Below are positions 27,832-37,360 of a stretch of DNA of 64,000 bases, in pieces; the stretch's first letter is position 1, and every line of letters starts with the position of its first letter. The stretch lies in NCBI GenBank assembly GCA_030699685.1, contig JAUYLJ010000027.1:12601-76600 (forward strand), in the 5' to 3' direction. The position numbers and the translations under genes are program-made. Source of the stretch: a bacterium (lineage in GTDB: Bacteria > Patescibacteriota > Patescibacteriia > JAHIZJ01). Below the pieces are notes generated by a model. The model ran no database searches and had not been told where the DNA came from. It saw only the letters and a program-made list of their open reading frames with translations.

Positions 27832-29061
27832 CTATTCTTGAGAGGATTCACTGGGCTCTTTTCCTGCTTCCGCACCGGCAACTGTTTCAGCCGAAGCCGC
27901 GCTCTCAGTTGCTTCTTTCGCTTTGTCCTTTTCTTCGCCCGATTTCTTTTCAAGAGCTTTCAATGACAGCCCAAGCCTGTGATGAGACGGATCAATGGAT
28001 AATATTTTGAATTTTTTCGTTTCGCCCTCTTTGACGATTTCTCCCGGATGATGAACCAGTTTGTGAGAAAGCTCGGAGATATGCGCCAAACCGTGAATAT
28101 CCTCGTCCAGCTCCACGAAGGCTCCAAACGGATTAAGTTTGAGCACCTTTCCTTCCACTACCTGTCCAACCGTGTAGCGCTTCATCGCTTCTTTCCACGG
28201 ATCGTCCATCAATTGCTTCATGCTGAGAGAAATCCTGGACTGGTCGAGGCTGATAATTCTCGCTTTGACTTCATCGCCGACATTGATAATCGTGCGCGGG
28301 TCATCGATGCGCTGCCAGGCCAACTCGGAGATATGCACCAATCCCTCCAGACCTTCACCAAATTCGACAAAGGCGCCGAAATCAACCACGCCCGTCACCT
28401 TGCCTTCAACTTCGTTGCCAACTTTGTATTGTTGTAAGGCTTCTTTCTGCTTTTCTTCCCAGGCTTGCTTTTCGGAAACTATCAGTTTTTCGTCCGATTC
28501 TTCCACGTCAATCACCCGCACTTTGAAAGCGCTGCCGATAAAACGCTGCAGACGCTCAAGAATCTTATCCTTATCTCCGCCTTCAACGCGGGGGTAGTGT
28601 TCGACGGTCAGCTGTGACACCGGCAGGAAACCCATCACGCGGCCAACCTTGATCATGAGACCGCCGCGATTTGCTTCAACGATTTCCGCTTCAACAATTG
28701 ATTCTTCTTCCATTAATGCAGTCAGACGATCCCAGGCCTTTTTATGGCCGGCTTGGCGGAATGAAAGCTCCAGCACGCCTTTTTCGTTTTCCAATTCCAT
28801 GACCGTTGCCTGCACTTTTTCTCCCACTTTCAAATCGGTATATTCGCCTGATTCGTCAAACAATTCACGGCCTCGCACCATGCCTGTATTCAATCCTTCA
28901 ATATCAACATGCACCTCGTTTTTTGAAACGCTCAATACCTCCCCGTCAACGATATCTCCCATTTGGGGGATCTTCAACAAACCTTGTTCCTCGAGTAATT
29001 TCCCCATCTCCGTTTGGGCGATGGGTGTCTCTTCTTTCGTTTTCTGCAATGATATTGCCAT
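27832..29061 (-). CDS. rpsA: 30S ribosomal protein S1 (four-S1-domain form)
   Basis: Repeated S1 domains: FGAFVE..GLVHISEL. Confidence 0.9.
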   Translation of the reverse strand: MAISLQKTKEETPIAQTEMGKLLEEQGLLKIPQMGDIVDGEVLSVSKNEVHVDIEGLNTGMVRGRELFDESGEYTDLKVGEKVQATVMELENEKGVLELSFRQAGHKKAWDRLTALMEEESIVEAEIVEANRGGLMIKVGRVMGFLPVSQLTVEHYPRVEGGDKDKILERLQRFIGSAFKVRVIDVEESDEKLIVSEKQAWEEKQKEALQQYKVGNEVEGKVTGVVDFGAFVEFGEGLEGLVHISELAWQRIDDPRTIINVGDEVKARIISLDQSRISLSMKQLMDDPWKEAMKRYTVGQVVEGKVLKLNPFGAFVELDEDIHGLAHISELSHKLVHHPGEIVKEGETKKFKILSIDPSHHRLGLSLKALEKKSGEEKDKAKEATESAASAETVAGAEAGKEPSESSQE

Positions 29062-29200
29062 TTTTTCTCACGTTAATAATTAGGCATGCGAAAATCCGCA
29101 GTACTACGTATTATATTGATGAAATCAATATTTTGCAAGAGTTCAGGTGAAGCTCCATCGTGTCTTTGACAAAAGCATGGAATTATGTTATTATACATAT

Positions 29201-29950
29201 ATGGCACTTTCCCCAGGACGAGTCAGCCAACAAACATTTATCAAAACATTGCGTGGTATTTCAAAAACCGGGCGAATTGCTGGTGTCGAAAAAGCGCTTT
29301 CTGAACAAGGACTCAAGCGCTTGATGGCCAAACCCTCGGTTAGTCGGCAAGAGATGCGCAAAGCGCTCAATACCTTGAAGGGCACTGATGGAGTAGCAAA
29401 AAGAACCGGCTGGCAAACGAGCCAGGTAATTAACCGCGCTTTGAAAGATGAAGCGAGCGCCAATCAGTCACCTCAGTCGGCCCAGCAAAAACTAAAAGAA
29501 ATAAAAGATCGCAACATCAAACAACGGCGCGGTAATGAACTGGCGGAAGGCCTGTTCAAGCGTCAGGGGTTAAGCCTCGAGGAACTTCGCGCATCGGCTC
29601 AGCGGGCGCATCAGCGCCAGGTCACAGACGCGGAAACTGGGATCAAAGCAGTTTCAAAAAAATACGAAAAGTCGGAAGCAAAATCTAGCAACAGAAGTTA
29701 CGTACCGGTTACCGGCCAGGGCAATAGTATTTCCAACATCCGTCGAGCCAGGCCAAACATCGAGTCATTTGAATCACGAGGCGCTCCCAAATACACTACT
29801 GACTCCAGATCACAACCAGACAATGACGATGAACCCGATCGAAACGAGAACGTCATCAGCAAGAATACGAAAAACGGGTCTGATAAAAACCAACCCAAAC
29901 AAGAACCTAATCTGCCGGAAAATCCTCCGGACGACATGGCGATTGATTAA
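29201..29950 (+). CDS. hypothetical basic/low-complexity protein (leaderless)
   Basis: TTGACA(29166)-17-TATTAT(29189), then ATG 29201. Confidence 0.7.
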   Translation: MALSPGRVSQQTFIKTLRGISKTGRIAGVEKALSEQGLKRLMAKPSVSRQEMRKALNTLKGTDGVAKRTGWQTSQVINRALKDEASANQSPQSAQQKLKEIKDRNIKQRRGNELAEGLFKRQGLSLEELRASAQRAHQRQVTDAETGIKAVSKKYEKSEAKSSNRSYVPVTGQGNSISNIRRARPNIESFESRGAPKYTTDSRSQPDNDDEPDRNENVISKNTKNGSDKNQPKQEPNLPENPPDDMAID

Positions 29951-30229
29951 CTCGTTGACGTAAACAGCCCTTTCTTGTTATGGCTGGGCGTTTTGTATTT
30001 CCTGAGGATCGCCACGGAACATTGTTGTGATTTGCTTCCGCGACTTCAACGCTTGAATTTTTGGAAATCTTTCCGTAAAAGGAGGATACTACACCTCAGG
30101 TACATTTACCGTTGGCACGATGCCATGCCGGAATTTTCCAAAGGGTCAACACGTTTCGAACTCAGATTTGGCGGGATGCGCCGCATGGACAAGTCTTTTT
30201 GTTTGCCACAACCTAAAGACAAAACCATT

Positions 30230-30568
30230 TTATTTTTTGAGTTTTATTGCAATATCGCGATTCAACCTCTCACGCAATGTTTCGAAGTAGGTTTTTTCAT
30301 CTCGCAAGAGCTCATCACAGAATGCCGCCACGTTATCGCCGGTAATCTCTAACACGGCTTTACCGTTTGCCGCACTCTCCTCAAAGAGGTCAAGCAGACT
30401 CTTGAATATGTCGATTGAAGCCGGCCCCGCGCCTCTCCATATATACTGTTTGATTTCATTATAAACAACGAGATAGTCATGCGGCAACTTTTTCGCTCGG
30501 GCTTCCGTTGCTCTCCACTCTTTTTTCTCTCCAATATCCCCGATGATTTTATTTAATAAGTTTCTCAT
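30230..30568 (-). CDS. DUF1048-family protein
   Basis: KKEWR..EARAKKLP.DY..LLDLFEE..ITGDNVAAFCDEL. Confidence 0.85.
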   Translation of the reverse strand: MRNLLNKIIGDIGEKKEWRATEARAKKLPHDYLVVYNEIKQYIWRGAGPASIDIFKSLLDLFEESAANGKAVLEITGDNVAAFCDELLRDEKTYFETLRERLNRDIAIKLKK

Positions 30569-30889
30569 TTACTTCTCCTTTAGAGCATTAATTGTTGATG
30601 CTATGAAGTTCCATTTTGCCCAAAAATGACGCAACTCCTCCCGTCCCGCTTTATTTAAAGTATAAAATCTGCGAGGCGGCCCCATATCCGAGGGCTTTTT
30701 TTCTATATTTACAAGTTTATTTTTTTCAAGTCGAACTAAAATAGTGTAGACCGTACCTTCCACAACGTCGGTAAAGCCTCGCTTGCGTAGTTGCTGCGTT
30801 ATTTCATAGCCGTAGGTCTTACCGCGGCCGATGATTTCAAGTACACAGCCTTCAAGCACGCCTTTGAACATTTCCGTAAGGTTTTCCAG
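30569..30889 (-). CDS. PadR-family transcriptional regulator (probable CTG start at 30889, alternative ATG at 30871)
   Basis: KGVLEG, YGYEI, EGTVYTILVRLE, GPPRRFY. Confidence 0.9.
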   Translation of the reverse strand: MENLTEMFKGVLEGCVLEIIGRGKTYGYEITQQLRKRGFTDVVEGTVYTILVRLEKNKLVNIEKKPSDMGPPRRFYTLNKAGREELRHFWAKWNFIASTINALKEK

Positions 30890-31041
30890 GGTAATACTCC
30901 TTTCTCTAATATTAATAGCTGGTATATAGTCCTACTTACTACCACTATATCGTATCACGGAATAGTAAATATTGTCAATAGTACCAAAAAACCTGATGGC
31001 AGAGCGGCCATCATATCTTGAAAAACCTTAATTGTTTTGAC

Positions 31042-31116
31042 TGGAGCGGGAGACGGGATTCGCACCCGCGACCTCTTCCTTGGCAAGGAAGCGTTCTACT
31101 ACTGAACTACTCCCGC
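31042..31116 (-). tRNA. tRNA-Gly(GCC)
   Basis: CTTCC-TT-GCC-AA-GGAAG, CCA; atypical T-loop TGCGAAT. Confidence 0.9.
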
Positions 31117-31170
31117 GTGATTTGAAAAATGAGTAAGCTGATCGAGACCCTGGCAGCGTTTCTACTAGTT

Positions 31171-31218
31171 GCGACCTCCCCGCCCGGGCGGGGCGTTCTA
31201 CCGCTGAACTACGCCCGC
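31171..31218 (-). pseudogene. tRNA-Gly fragment with the anticodon arm replaced by a GC hairpin
   Basis: GCGGGCGTAGTTCAGCGGTAGAACG-CCCCGC-CCGG-GCGGGG-AGGTCGC. Confidence 0.65.
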
Positions 31219-31321
31219 ATGTGTCTGTAGACTACTGCCCGGTAGAACCAAGTCCTGCGCCAGAGACACGAGGCTTTACCGGAAACCCCTGAATAAGAGT
31301 TTTGTCCCGCAGCCCACACTT

Positions 31322-31398
31322 TGGAGGCCAGGAGGGGATTTGAACCCCTGAATAAGGGTTTTGCAGACCCTCGCCTTAGACCACTTGGCTACCTGGCC
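31322..31398 (-). tRNA. tRNA-Cys(GCA)
   Basis: AGGGT-CT-GCA-AA-ACCCT, U73, CCA. Confidence 0.95.
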
Positions 31399-31597
31399 AA
31401 TAGCCTCCAAAATGTGAGCACGGGATCCCGCCTTTCTAAAAATTATGAAAATTCTATTGGGCGGGACAAAACTTTACCGTACTACCCGGCGACCAGGCCG
31501 CACAATTCCATAGAATGCTGCACAACTAACGCAGTAGAACTATACCAATCCAAAACGAGGCGGTCAATGCCGCCCCGTTTGGTTCTGATAACTTTTT

Positions 31598-32116
31598 TTA
31601 GAGAATTTCCATCCTGACCACACGCACTCCCCATTGCTTAGCCTCTTGCTTGCTAGGCATCCACATATCGACGTGGTGTAGGCCAGCACCGGTAGGCAGC
31701 CGGTCCTCGACTCTGAAGATTTGCTCTCCGAATACGTCGGGCATTCGTACTTTCGTGCCAAAGGGAAGGTGGTTGTAAGCAACAGTCCCTTTGCTCGTCC
31801 TTTTGCCCGAGGCGGTGATGAATGGGTCACCCTGGGTTTCGTCAGGCGAACTGGAGTACGCGGTCACTGTTAAGAGTATTGATTTTTTAGCAACTCGATC
31901 GGGAATTTCCGGTAGTCGCTCCGCTTGTGGCGTTTGTAATTCGTTGACTGCGTCCACGGCTACAAGCATTTCGTTCCGTTCGGCGATGGGGCGATCCTTG
32001 AGTACTTCCCCCAGAACTGCCTGCGGATAGATTAATTCCATTAGACCAAGTAACGCTAGCACTGATAATATTTTTCTTCGAGTCCTCCACCGACGGGTGG
32101 AAATCATAGGGTTCAA
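31598..32116 (-). CDS. 3D-domain exported protein (lytic transglycosylase-like); exact start uncertain
   Basis: TAYSSSPDETQGDPFITASG, LPFGTKV, VEDR, VDMWM. Confidence 0.9.
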   Translation of the reverse strand: MNPMISTRRWRTRRKILSVLALLGLMELIYPQAVLGEVLKDRPIAERNEMLVAVDAVNELQTPQAERLPEIPDRVAKKSILLTVTAYSSSPDETQGDPFITASGKRTSKGTVAYNHLPFGTKVRMPDVFGEQIFRVEDRLPTGAGLHHVDMWMPSKQEAKQWGVRVVRMEIL

Positions 32117-32402
32117 TTAATAGTGAGTCATGAGTTTCCGCGTGATTACGAATTGGCGAAAACCCACCCCCCAAACAAAAAAATCCTGTTGTGTTGCAGG
32201 ACTTTCTCTTTCTGCCTCTATACTATCATGGGGGGATACTTCTGTCAATAATATTGTGCGACGCATACCGTGCCTACGATTTCTTGAGTGAAAGCGGGCA
32301 AGAAATTGGATGGGATCACTTTCGCGACCGTAATACTTAAAGGCGTTCTAATCGAACGCCTGAGCTGTTTTTGTATATGTCTAGAGGTGGTATACTTGCC
32401 AA

Positions 32403-32543
32403 ATGAATGTAATTTCGGAACGAGATATCCAGCTAGATCAGAAAAACATCCGCTACACGCTCAAGGTCAGCCGGCGCGCCCGGCATATGCGTTTAACCGT
32501 GTCGTGCGAGGGGGCGGGTCAAGGAAAATCGGGAGAAGGTTAA
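32403..32543 (+). pseudogene. truncated 5' end of a YgjP/M48 (DUF45) metalloprotease gene
   Basis: Hand translation IRYTLKVSRRARHMRLTV, stop after 46 codons. Confidence 0.55.
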
Positions 32544-32998
32544 AAAAAATAGACATGAGGCATTGGGAACATAAACAAAAAGGACTAACCAACGAGGGTC
32601 AGTCCAGGATCGGTACGCCGTCTTCAACTAGATGGCCGCCGGTTATCTCGAATGTGGCTGGATCAATCCGGCACCCCTTCCAGGTCCATCGCCGATAGAG
32701 CGCCGGAAGAAAAAAGATGTAAACGAAGTGACCCAAATGAACAATTGAAAGTCTGTAGAGATACATGGTCTCCTCCTATTGCAGAAGCCGCAGATTTCAG
32801 AATGACAAGGGATGTTATCACATATTTCCAAAACTGTCAATATCATGAAGTATTTCCCCTTGCACGCCTCTCTGGGTCAGCCTGCGCCAGGCTTCAGCTG
32901 ACTTAGTCGAGAGATATTTTATTATTAGGTCGAGAAATATTTACTTATTTTTCGAGCAAGGCGGTTTCATATTTATTTGCCCTATTAATTACCAAAGT

Positions 32999-33910
32999 GT
33001 GGCCGTCGGCACTTCTGATCCTCGTTATGGCGGTGAACTGATTGGCGCGAATATCAGTCTGAGTGAAGGCGACTACTTCCCCCAAGACACGAACGAACAT
33101 GTGGCGATTCTTGGAAAGAGTCTGGCTGAAAAAAACAGCCTTGGTGTCGGATCGAGTTTTACCGCCTTTACAGTCAGCATCACGGTCAGCGGTATTTATG
33201 ACGCCGGCAACGATTTCGCGAATAACTCAGTTATCTTCCCCATCCAAACTTTGCAACAACTTTCCTCGCAAGATGGACAAGTCACCTCAGCACTTGTCAG
33301 AGTAGATTCAGCTGATAACCTCGCTGCCGCCAGCGCCGCAATCAGCGCTCAGTTAGGCGATAGAGCGGATGTCATCTCTTCAGAAGACACGATCGCTCAG
33401 GTGATTGAACCACTTGAGAATATTCAAACTATTACAACAACGAGCCTTATTGGCGCGCTGCTGGCGGCAACTATTATCACCCTGCTGACCATGATCATGA
33501 TCGTACGCGAACGACGGAAAGAAATCGCCGTCCTCAAGGCAATTGGCGCGAGTGATCCGAGTATTGCCGGCCAATTTATGAGTGAGGCGGTGATGTTGAC
33601 TTTGCTTGGTGGAGTACTTGGTTCAGTGCTGGGCTTCATTTTCAGTAATCCTATACTTTCCTCACTGCTGCGTTCATCCAGCAGTGAATCGCAACTCGGT
33701 GCTGGACCAGCCAGAGGCGGGATCGTCCAATTCGCGGTGGGCGGTTTCAGAACACTTGGAAATAGCGTTCAAGATCTTCGAGCGGTGGTTGATTTCCAAC
33801 TCATCGCCTACGGCTTTCTTGCGGCCATTCTGATCGCGATTATCGGATCGGCATTTCCGACTTGGCTTATTGGTAGAGTTCGTCCGGCTGAAGTATTACG
33901 TGGAGAATAA
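32999..33910 (+). CDS. MacB/FtsX-like ABC permease, 5'-truncated
   Basis: ERRKEIAVLKAIGA and PAEVLRGE; lacks the N-terminal TM/periplasmic start. Confidence 0.8.
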   Translation: MAVGTSDPRYGGELIGANISLSEGDYFPQDTNEHVAILGKSLAEKNSLGVGSSFTAFTVSITVSGIYDAGNDFANNSVIFPIQTLQQLSSQDGQVTSALVRVDSADNLAAASAAISAQLGDRADVISSEDTIAQVIEPLENIQTITTTSLIGALLAATIITLLTMIMIVRERRKEIAVLKAIGASDPSIAGQFMSEAVMLTLLGGVLGSVLGFIFSNPILSSLLRSSSSESQLGAGPARGGIVQFAVGGFRTLGNSVQDLRAVVDFQLIAYGFLAAILIAIIGSAFPTWLIGRVRPAEVLRGE

Positions 33911-33912
33911 GC

Positions 33913-34587
33913 ATGTTAACCGTACAAAAACTATCCAAAACATTCAGCAGCGGAAATAGCTCTGTCCACGCGGTCCATGATGTCAATTTCAACCTGGGAT
34001 CAGGCAAACTCGCTGCTATCATTGGGAAGAGCGGCAGTGGCAAAAGTACGCTTCTCGCCCTCCTTGGGACGCTTGATGAGGCTGACACGGGCAGCATTCA
34101 AGTAGAAAAAGATGATGTGACGCGCTTTAGTGAACAGGAGCTGCTTCGCTACCGCCGCTCGACGATTGGTTTCATCTTCCAAAGCTATAACCTGATCCCA
34201 AACTTATCCGCACTCGAGAATGTAATGCTGCCAATGGAATTTAACGGCCTGGCCGGTGAGAAACGAAAAAAACGCGCTATTCGTCTTTTAACACAAGTCG
34301 GTCTCACTGAAGATAAGATACAACGCCGCCCCGGCAAGCTCTCGGGTGGCGAGCAACAACGAGTGGCCATTGCTCGGGCTTTAGCCAATACGCCCAAGCT
34401 TATCTTAGCAGACGAGCCAACAGGGAATTTAGATACCCAAACGGCTAAAACGATTATTCACTTGCTGCACAATCTCGCCAAGACTGAACACGCCACTATT
34501 ATTATAGCGACTCATGACGCCGAGGCGGCACAACATGCTGATCAGGTGTTTCGCCTGCGAGACGGACGTTTAGCGCAAATTCGCTAG
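33913..34587 (+). CDS. ABC transporter ATP-binding protein (LolD/MacB type)
   Basis: [28 protein letters not shown]. Confidence 0.95.
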   Translation: MLTVQKLSKTFSSGNSSVHAVHDVNFNLGSGKLAAIIGKSGSGKSTLLALLGTLDEADTGSIQVEKDDVTRFSEQELLRYRRSTIGFIFQSYNLIPNLSALENVMLPMEFNGLAGEKRKKRAIRLLTQVGLTEDKIQRRPGKLSGGEQQRVAIARALANTPKLILADEPTGNLDTQTAKTIIHLLHNLAKTEHATIIIATHDAEAAQHADQVFRLRDGRLAQIR

Positions 34588-34633
34588 CCACCTCATCAAG
34601 ATTTGTCTCAAATGAGGGTTGCCATGGAACAAA

Positions 34634-35206
34634 TTATTTTTCTTCGCTTCTACTCAAAGACGAGCGCTGCCGATTCCAGCCCAGAGCCCGCCGGTAGACA
34701 AATTCCGCCACCGCGAAACCAGCTGGCACAACAATCATGTTGCCAATCAAGTTTAGTTTGAGGAAGGGCAGCCCAAGATAATACGAGTACAACAAACCGC
34801 CCAGATTCTTTTCATAAAACGGGGTAATAAGCCAGACTCCGAAGTTAGTATACAGATAAAAGAATATGGAAAAGGCCATCCCCGCCCCAAAAGCGGCAAG
34901 AACAATTTTATTGTTCAAGCGCAATTTCCGCAAAAGCAATCCGGCCGAAGCTCCGAGAAGGAAAGCCGACCAAGTAAAAAGAAAGATGTTGGTATTGCCA
35001 ATAATCATATCAGATCCGAACATGATACCGAGAGGCACCAGCACAGCCCAGAAGCCGCCCAAATACGCTCCCGCCAGCAAAGAAAGCAGCGTGACAAACT
35101 CAACGTTGGGAGCAATATCAAAAACGGTTCGGCTTATGATGCCAAAGCCAACCAGAAAAAGTGCAATAATGAAACGCGGAGAAATAACTTGTTTCAGTGT
35201 CCGCAT
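34634..35206 (-). CDS. ECF S-component-like membrane protein (DUF6580-like), possible corrinoid transporter
   Basis: PNVEFVT..L.AG, SD, FFYLYTNFGVW and GLPF pattern; 6 TM helices. Confidence 0.7.
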   Translation of the reverse strand: MRTLKQVISPRFIIALFLVGFGIISRTVFDIAPNVEFVTLLSLLAGAYLGGFWAVLVPLGIMFGSDMIIGNTNIFLFTWSAFLLGASAGLLLRKLRLNNKIVLAAFGAGMAFSIFFYLYTNFGVWLITPFYEKNLGGLLYSYYLGLPFLKLNLIGNMIVVPAGFAVAEFVYRRALGWNRQRSSLSRSEEK

Positions 35207-35209
35207 AGT

Positions 35210-35662
35210 CTAGTTGTCCAGTTTCTCAAAAACAAACTCGATTCTATCGCCGGACCGCACAGTATATTGCCCCACTCCCACAGCGGCCTGTTCACCGTTG
35301 ACGTAAAAAATCCAGTATCCATCGGCTGTCCCATTGGCCAACGAACCTATCTTTTCGACTAACACGCCAAAGTCATACTCTTTCGTTTCCAATACAACTC
35401 CGGAATCCGTGGCCGCCAGCCGCAGCGCGTCCAGCGCCGTCAGGCTCTCTTCAGGGCGGAATGTATACGAAAGTTCTTCTCCACCCGTCACTCTCACCGA
35501 AACGGTATCTCGCAACGTAACCGCTCCGGCAACGCTCGATTGGGTACGATTCTGAAGCGAGGCGATATATTGTTTAGTGGCCGAAGAATACGAGGTAATC
35601 AGGATTGTGGCAAGAGCCCCAAACACGACGGCAATGAATAATATGACTGAATTGCGCTTCAT
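35210..35662 (-). CDS. DUF4430 (transcobalamin C-terminal-like) membrane-anchored protein
   Basis: YDFGVLVEKIG, YWIFYVNG..A.VG..Y.V..GD.IEF. Confidence 0.85.
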   Translation of the reverse strand: MKRNSVILFIAVVFGALATILITSYSSATKQYIASLQNRTQSSVAGAVTLRDTVSVRVTGGEELSYTFRPEESLTALDALRLAATDSGVVLETKEYDFGVLVEKIGSLANGTADGYWIFYVNGEQAAVGVGQYTVRSGDRIEFVFEKLDN

Positions 35663-35742
35663 AATTGACCCAAATCAATGATAATGGCTGGCTGTAAACG
35701 CGGCCAAGCGTCTGCAATTGGCCGATACTCTGCCGCACCCCA

Positions 35743-35771
35743 ATAGTACTGGGCGACATACTCCTTGTCAA
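35743..35771 (-). promoter_or_regulatory. promoter of the DUF4430-ECF pair
   Basis: TTGACA-17-TACTAT on the minus strand. Confidence 0.7.
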
Positions 35772-35798
35772 TCTGTCGGCGAGAGAAAAATACCAGCG

Positions 35799-36236
35799 TT
35801 ATTCGTAACGATACTCTATAATATCGCCTTCATGTACCGTCAAAATATCCGGACTGGCGAGGCTCGTCTCCGAATTGACGTAGATCGACCATTCGCCCGT
35901 GCCGGCTTCGGTCACCCAGTTGCCGATTCGACGCAAAAGTACTTTCCCGGAAGCGTCCTCTTCGACGACATAGTCTATTCCCGCCACGCCCGTCGCCACA
36001 TCCAACGCTTCGAGGACGGTGCTCGCGTCATCGATCTCGAAATTCTGCCGAAGCAGCGTATTTCCTCCGACGGTCATCACTACGGTAGCGACCCGTATTT
36101 CAATGCCCGCCACCTCAGGACGCTGGATGGATTGCATTTCAAAATTCTTCTCAGGAGCGGCACCAAAAACAATCACAACAGCCGCTCCAATAGCGAGAAG
36201 GGTAACGCCTCCAAGTTTCCAAGAAGAACGCGGCAT
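35799..36236 (-). CDS. DUF4430-like membrane-anchored protein (second copy)
   Basis: TVLEAL, WSIYVN, V.EGDIIEYRY. Confidence 0.75.
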   Translation of the reverse strand: MPRSSWKLGGVTLLAIGAAVVIVFGAAPEKNFEMQSIQRPEVAGIEIRVATVVMTVGGNTLLRQNFEIDDASTVLEALDVATGVAGIDYVVEEDASGKVLLRRIGNWVTEAGTGEWSIYVNSETSLASPDILTVHEGDIIEYRYE

Positions 36237-36238
36237 AT

Positions 36239-36577
36239 TTAGCGTGAAAAATGAATCTTGCGAATGTGAATCAGGAAGTATTCCAAAACGATTCTGATCA
36301 GGACAATACCGCCAAGAGAAATGAGTTTTTCGGAACTGGGAATCACCACGGTCAAAATAATATCACCGGCTAGAAAAAAATCCAGTCCGATGACTAGCGA
36401 ACGCATGATGTTGTCGAGAAACTTATTGAAATGCGTCGTCCGCTTCAGCATCGAGTGATAGACCATCAGTATCAGGTCGTACACTCCCCGCGCCACGCCG
36501 ACTACAATCACAATTACGCCAATAAAGGAGATGTATGGATTGACGGCTTCGACTATTGTGACGAGTAATTCTTGCAT
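36239..36577 (-). CDS. DUF1622 membrane protein
   Basis: LVIGLDFFLAGDIILTV..LGGIVLIR. Confidence 0.85.
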   Translation of the reverse strand: MQELLVTIVEAVNPYISFIGVIVIVVGVARGVYDLILMVYHSMLKRTTHFNKFLDNIMRSLVIGLDFFLAGDIILTVVIPSSEKLISLGGIVLIRIVLEYFLIHIRKIHFSR

Positions 36578-36607
36578 AGACCTTTTTCAATAAGACGCTG
36601 TTGTAGT

Positions 36608-37354
36608 CTAAACCCGATCAAGCAATTGGTCAATTATTTCCCGGAAAGTTTCGAGCGGAATTACGCCGGGAACGATCGAGCCGTTGATAAAGAAAGTGGG
36701 AGTTCCAGCTACACCAGCTTCCAGCCCGGCCTGAAAATCCTCCAACACTTCATCTCGATGACGTCCCGAGTCAAGGCAGGTATTGAACTGCTGGACATTG
36801 AGACCGGCTTGCTGAGCATATGTTTTCAAATTGCTCGACTCCAAGGCGTTCTGGTTCTGGAAAATCCTGTCATGGAGTTCCCAAAACTTATCCTGCTCGT
36901 GAGCGCACTCTCCCGCCTCCGCCGCGATTTGCGCTTCGGGATGAACGCTCGTGACTGGAAAATCACGATAGACATAATGAATGTCTGAACCGTACTCCAG
37001 CATGATAGTCCGGACAATACCCGAAGCCTGCCGGCAGAAAGGACATTGGAAGTCTGAAAATTCCACGATTTGCACTTTAGCGTCGGCCGTTCCGGCACTG
37101 GGGTCGTCGCTCGTGACGAGAGTGTTCAAGGCTGAGGTAGCGGGGACGCTTGGAATGGAAGAATTAGGCGAGTCAGTCGAATACGCCAGATCCCGAAAAC
37201 TGCCAATCACTTCATACGCAAACCAAATCACCGTACCTAAAAATATGATTATCGCTCCGATAAATGATACACCCCACCAGGTGGCAAACCAGCGTTTCCG
37301 GGTTGATGGAGAAGTTTTTGATTTATTTATTTTTTTTGCCGCGCTCAAAGACAC
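36608..37354 (-). CDS. DsbA/BdbD-family thioredoxin-fold protein
   Basis: EFSDFQCPFC, YRDFP, GTPTFFING. Confidence 0.92.
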   Translation of the reverse strand: MSLSAAKKINKSKTSPSTRKRWFATWWGVSFIGAIIIFLGTVIWFAYEVIGSFRDLAYSTDSPNSSIPSVPATSALNTLVTSDDPSAGTADAKVQIVEFSDFQCPFCRQASGIVRTIMLEYGSDIHYVYRDFPVTSVHPEAQIAAEAGECAHEQDKFWELHDRIFQNQNALESSNLKTYAQQAGLNVQQFNTCLDSGRHRDEVLEDFQAGLEAGVAGTPTFFINGSIVPGVIPLETFREIIDQLLDRV

Positions 37355-37360
37355 TCCTTT

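Noticed and set aside
32117-32250. c-di-AMP (ydaO) riboswitch upstream of the 3D-domain gene
   Set aside because: Only a promoter and a small hairpin with U tract are present; no GCTGAA..GGGG ydaO consensus
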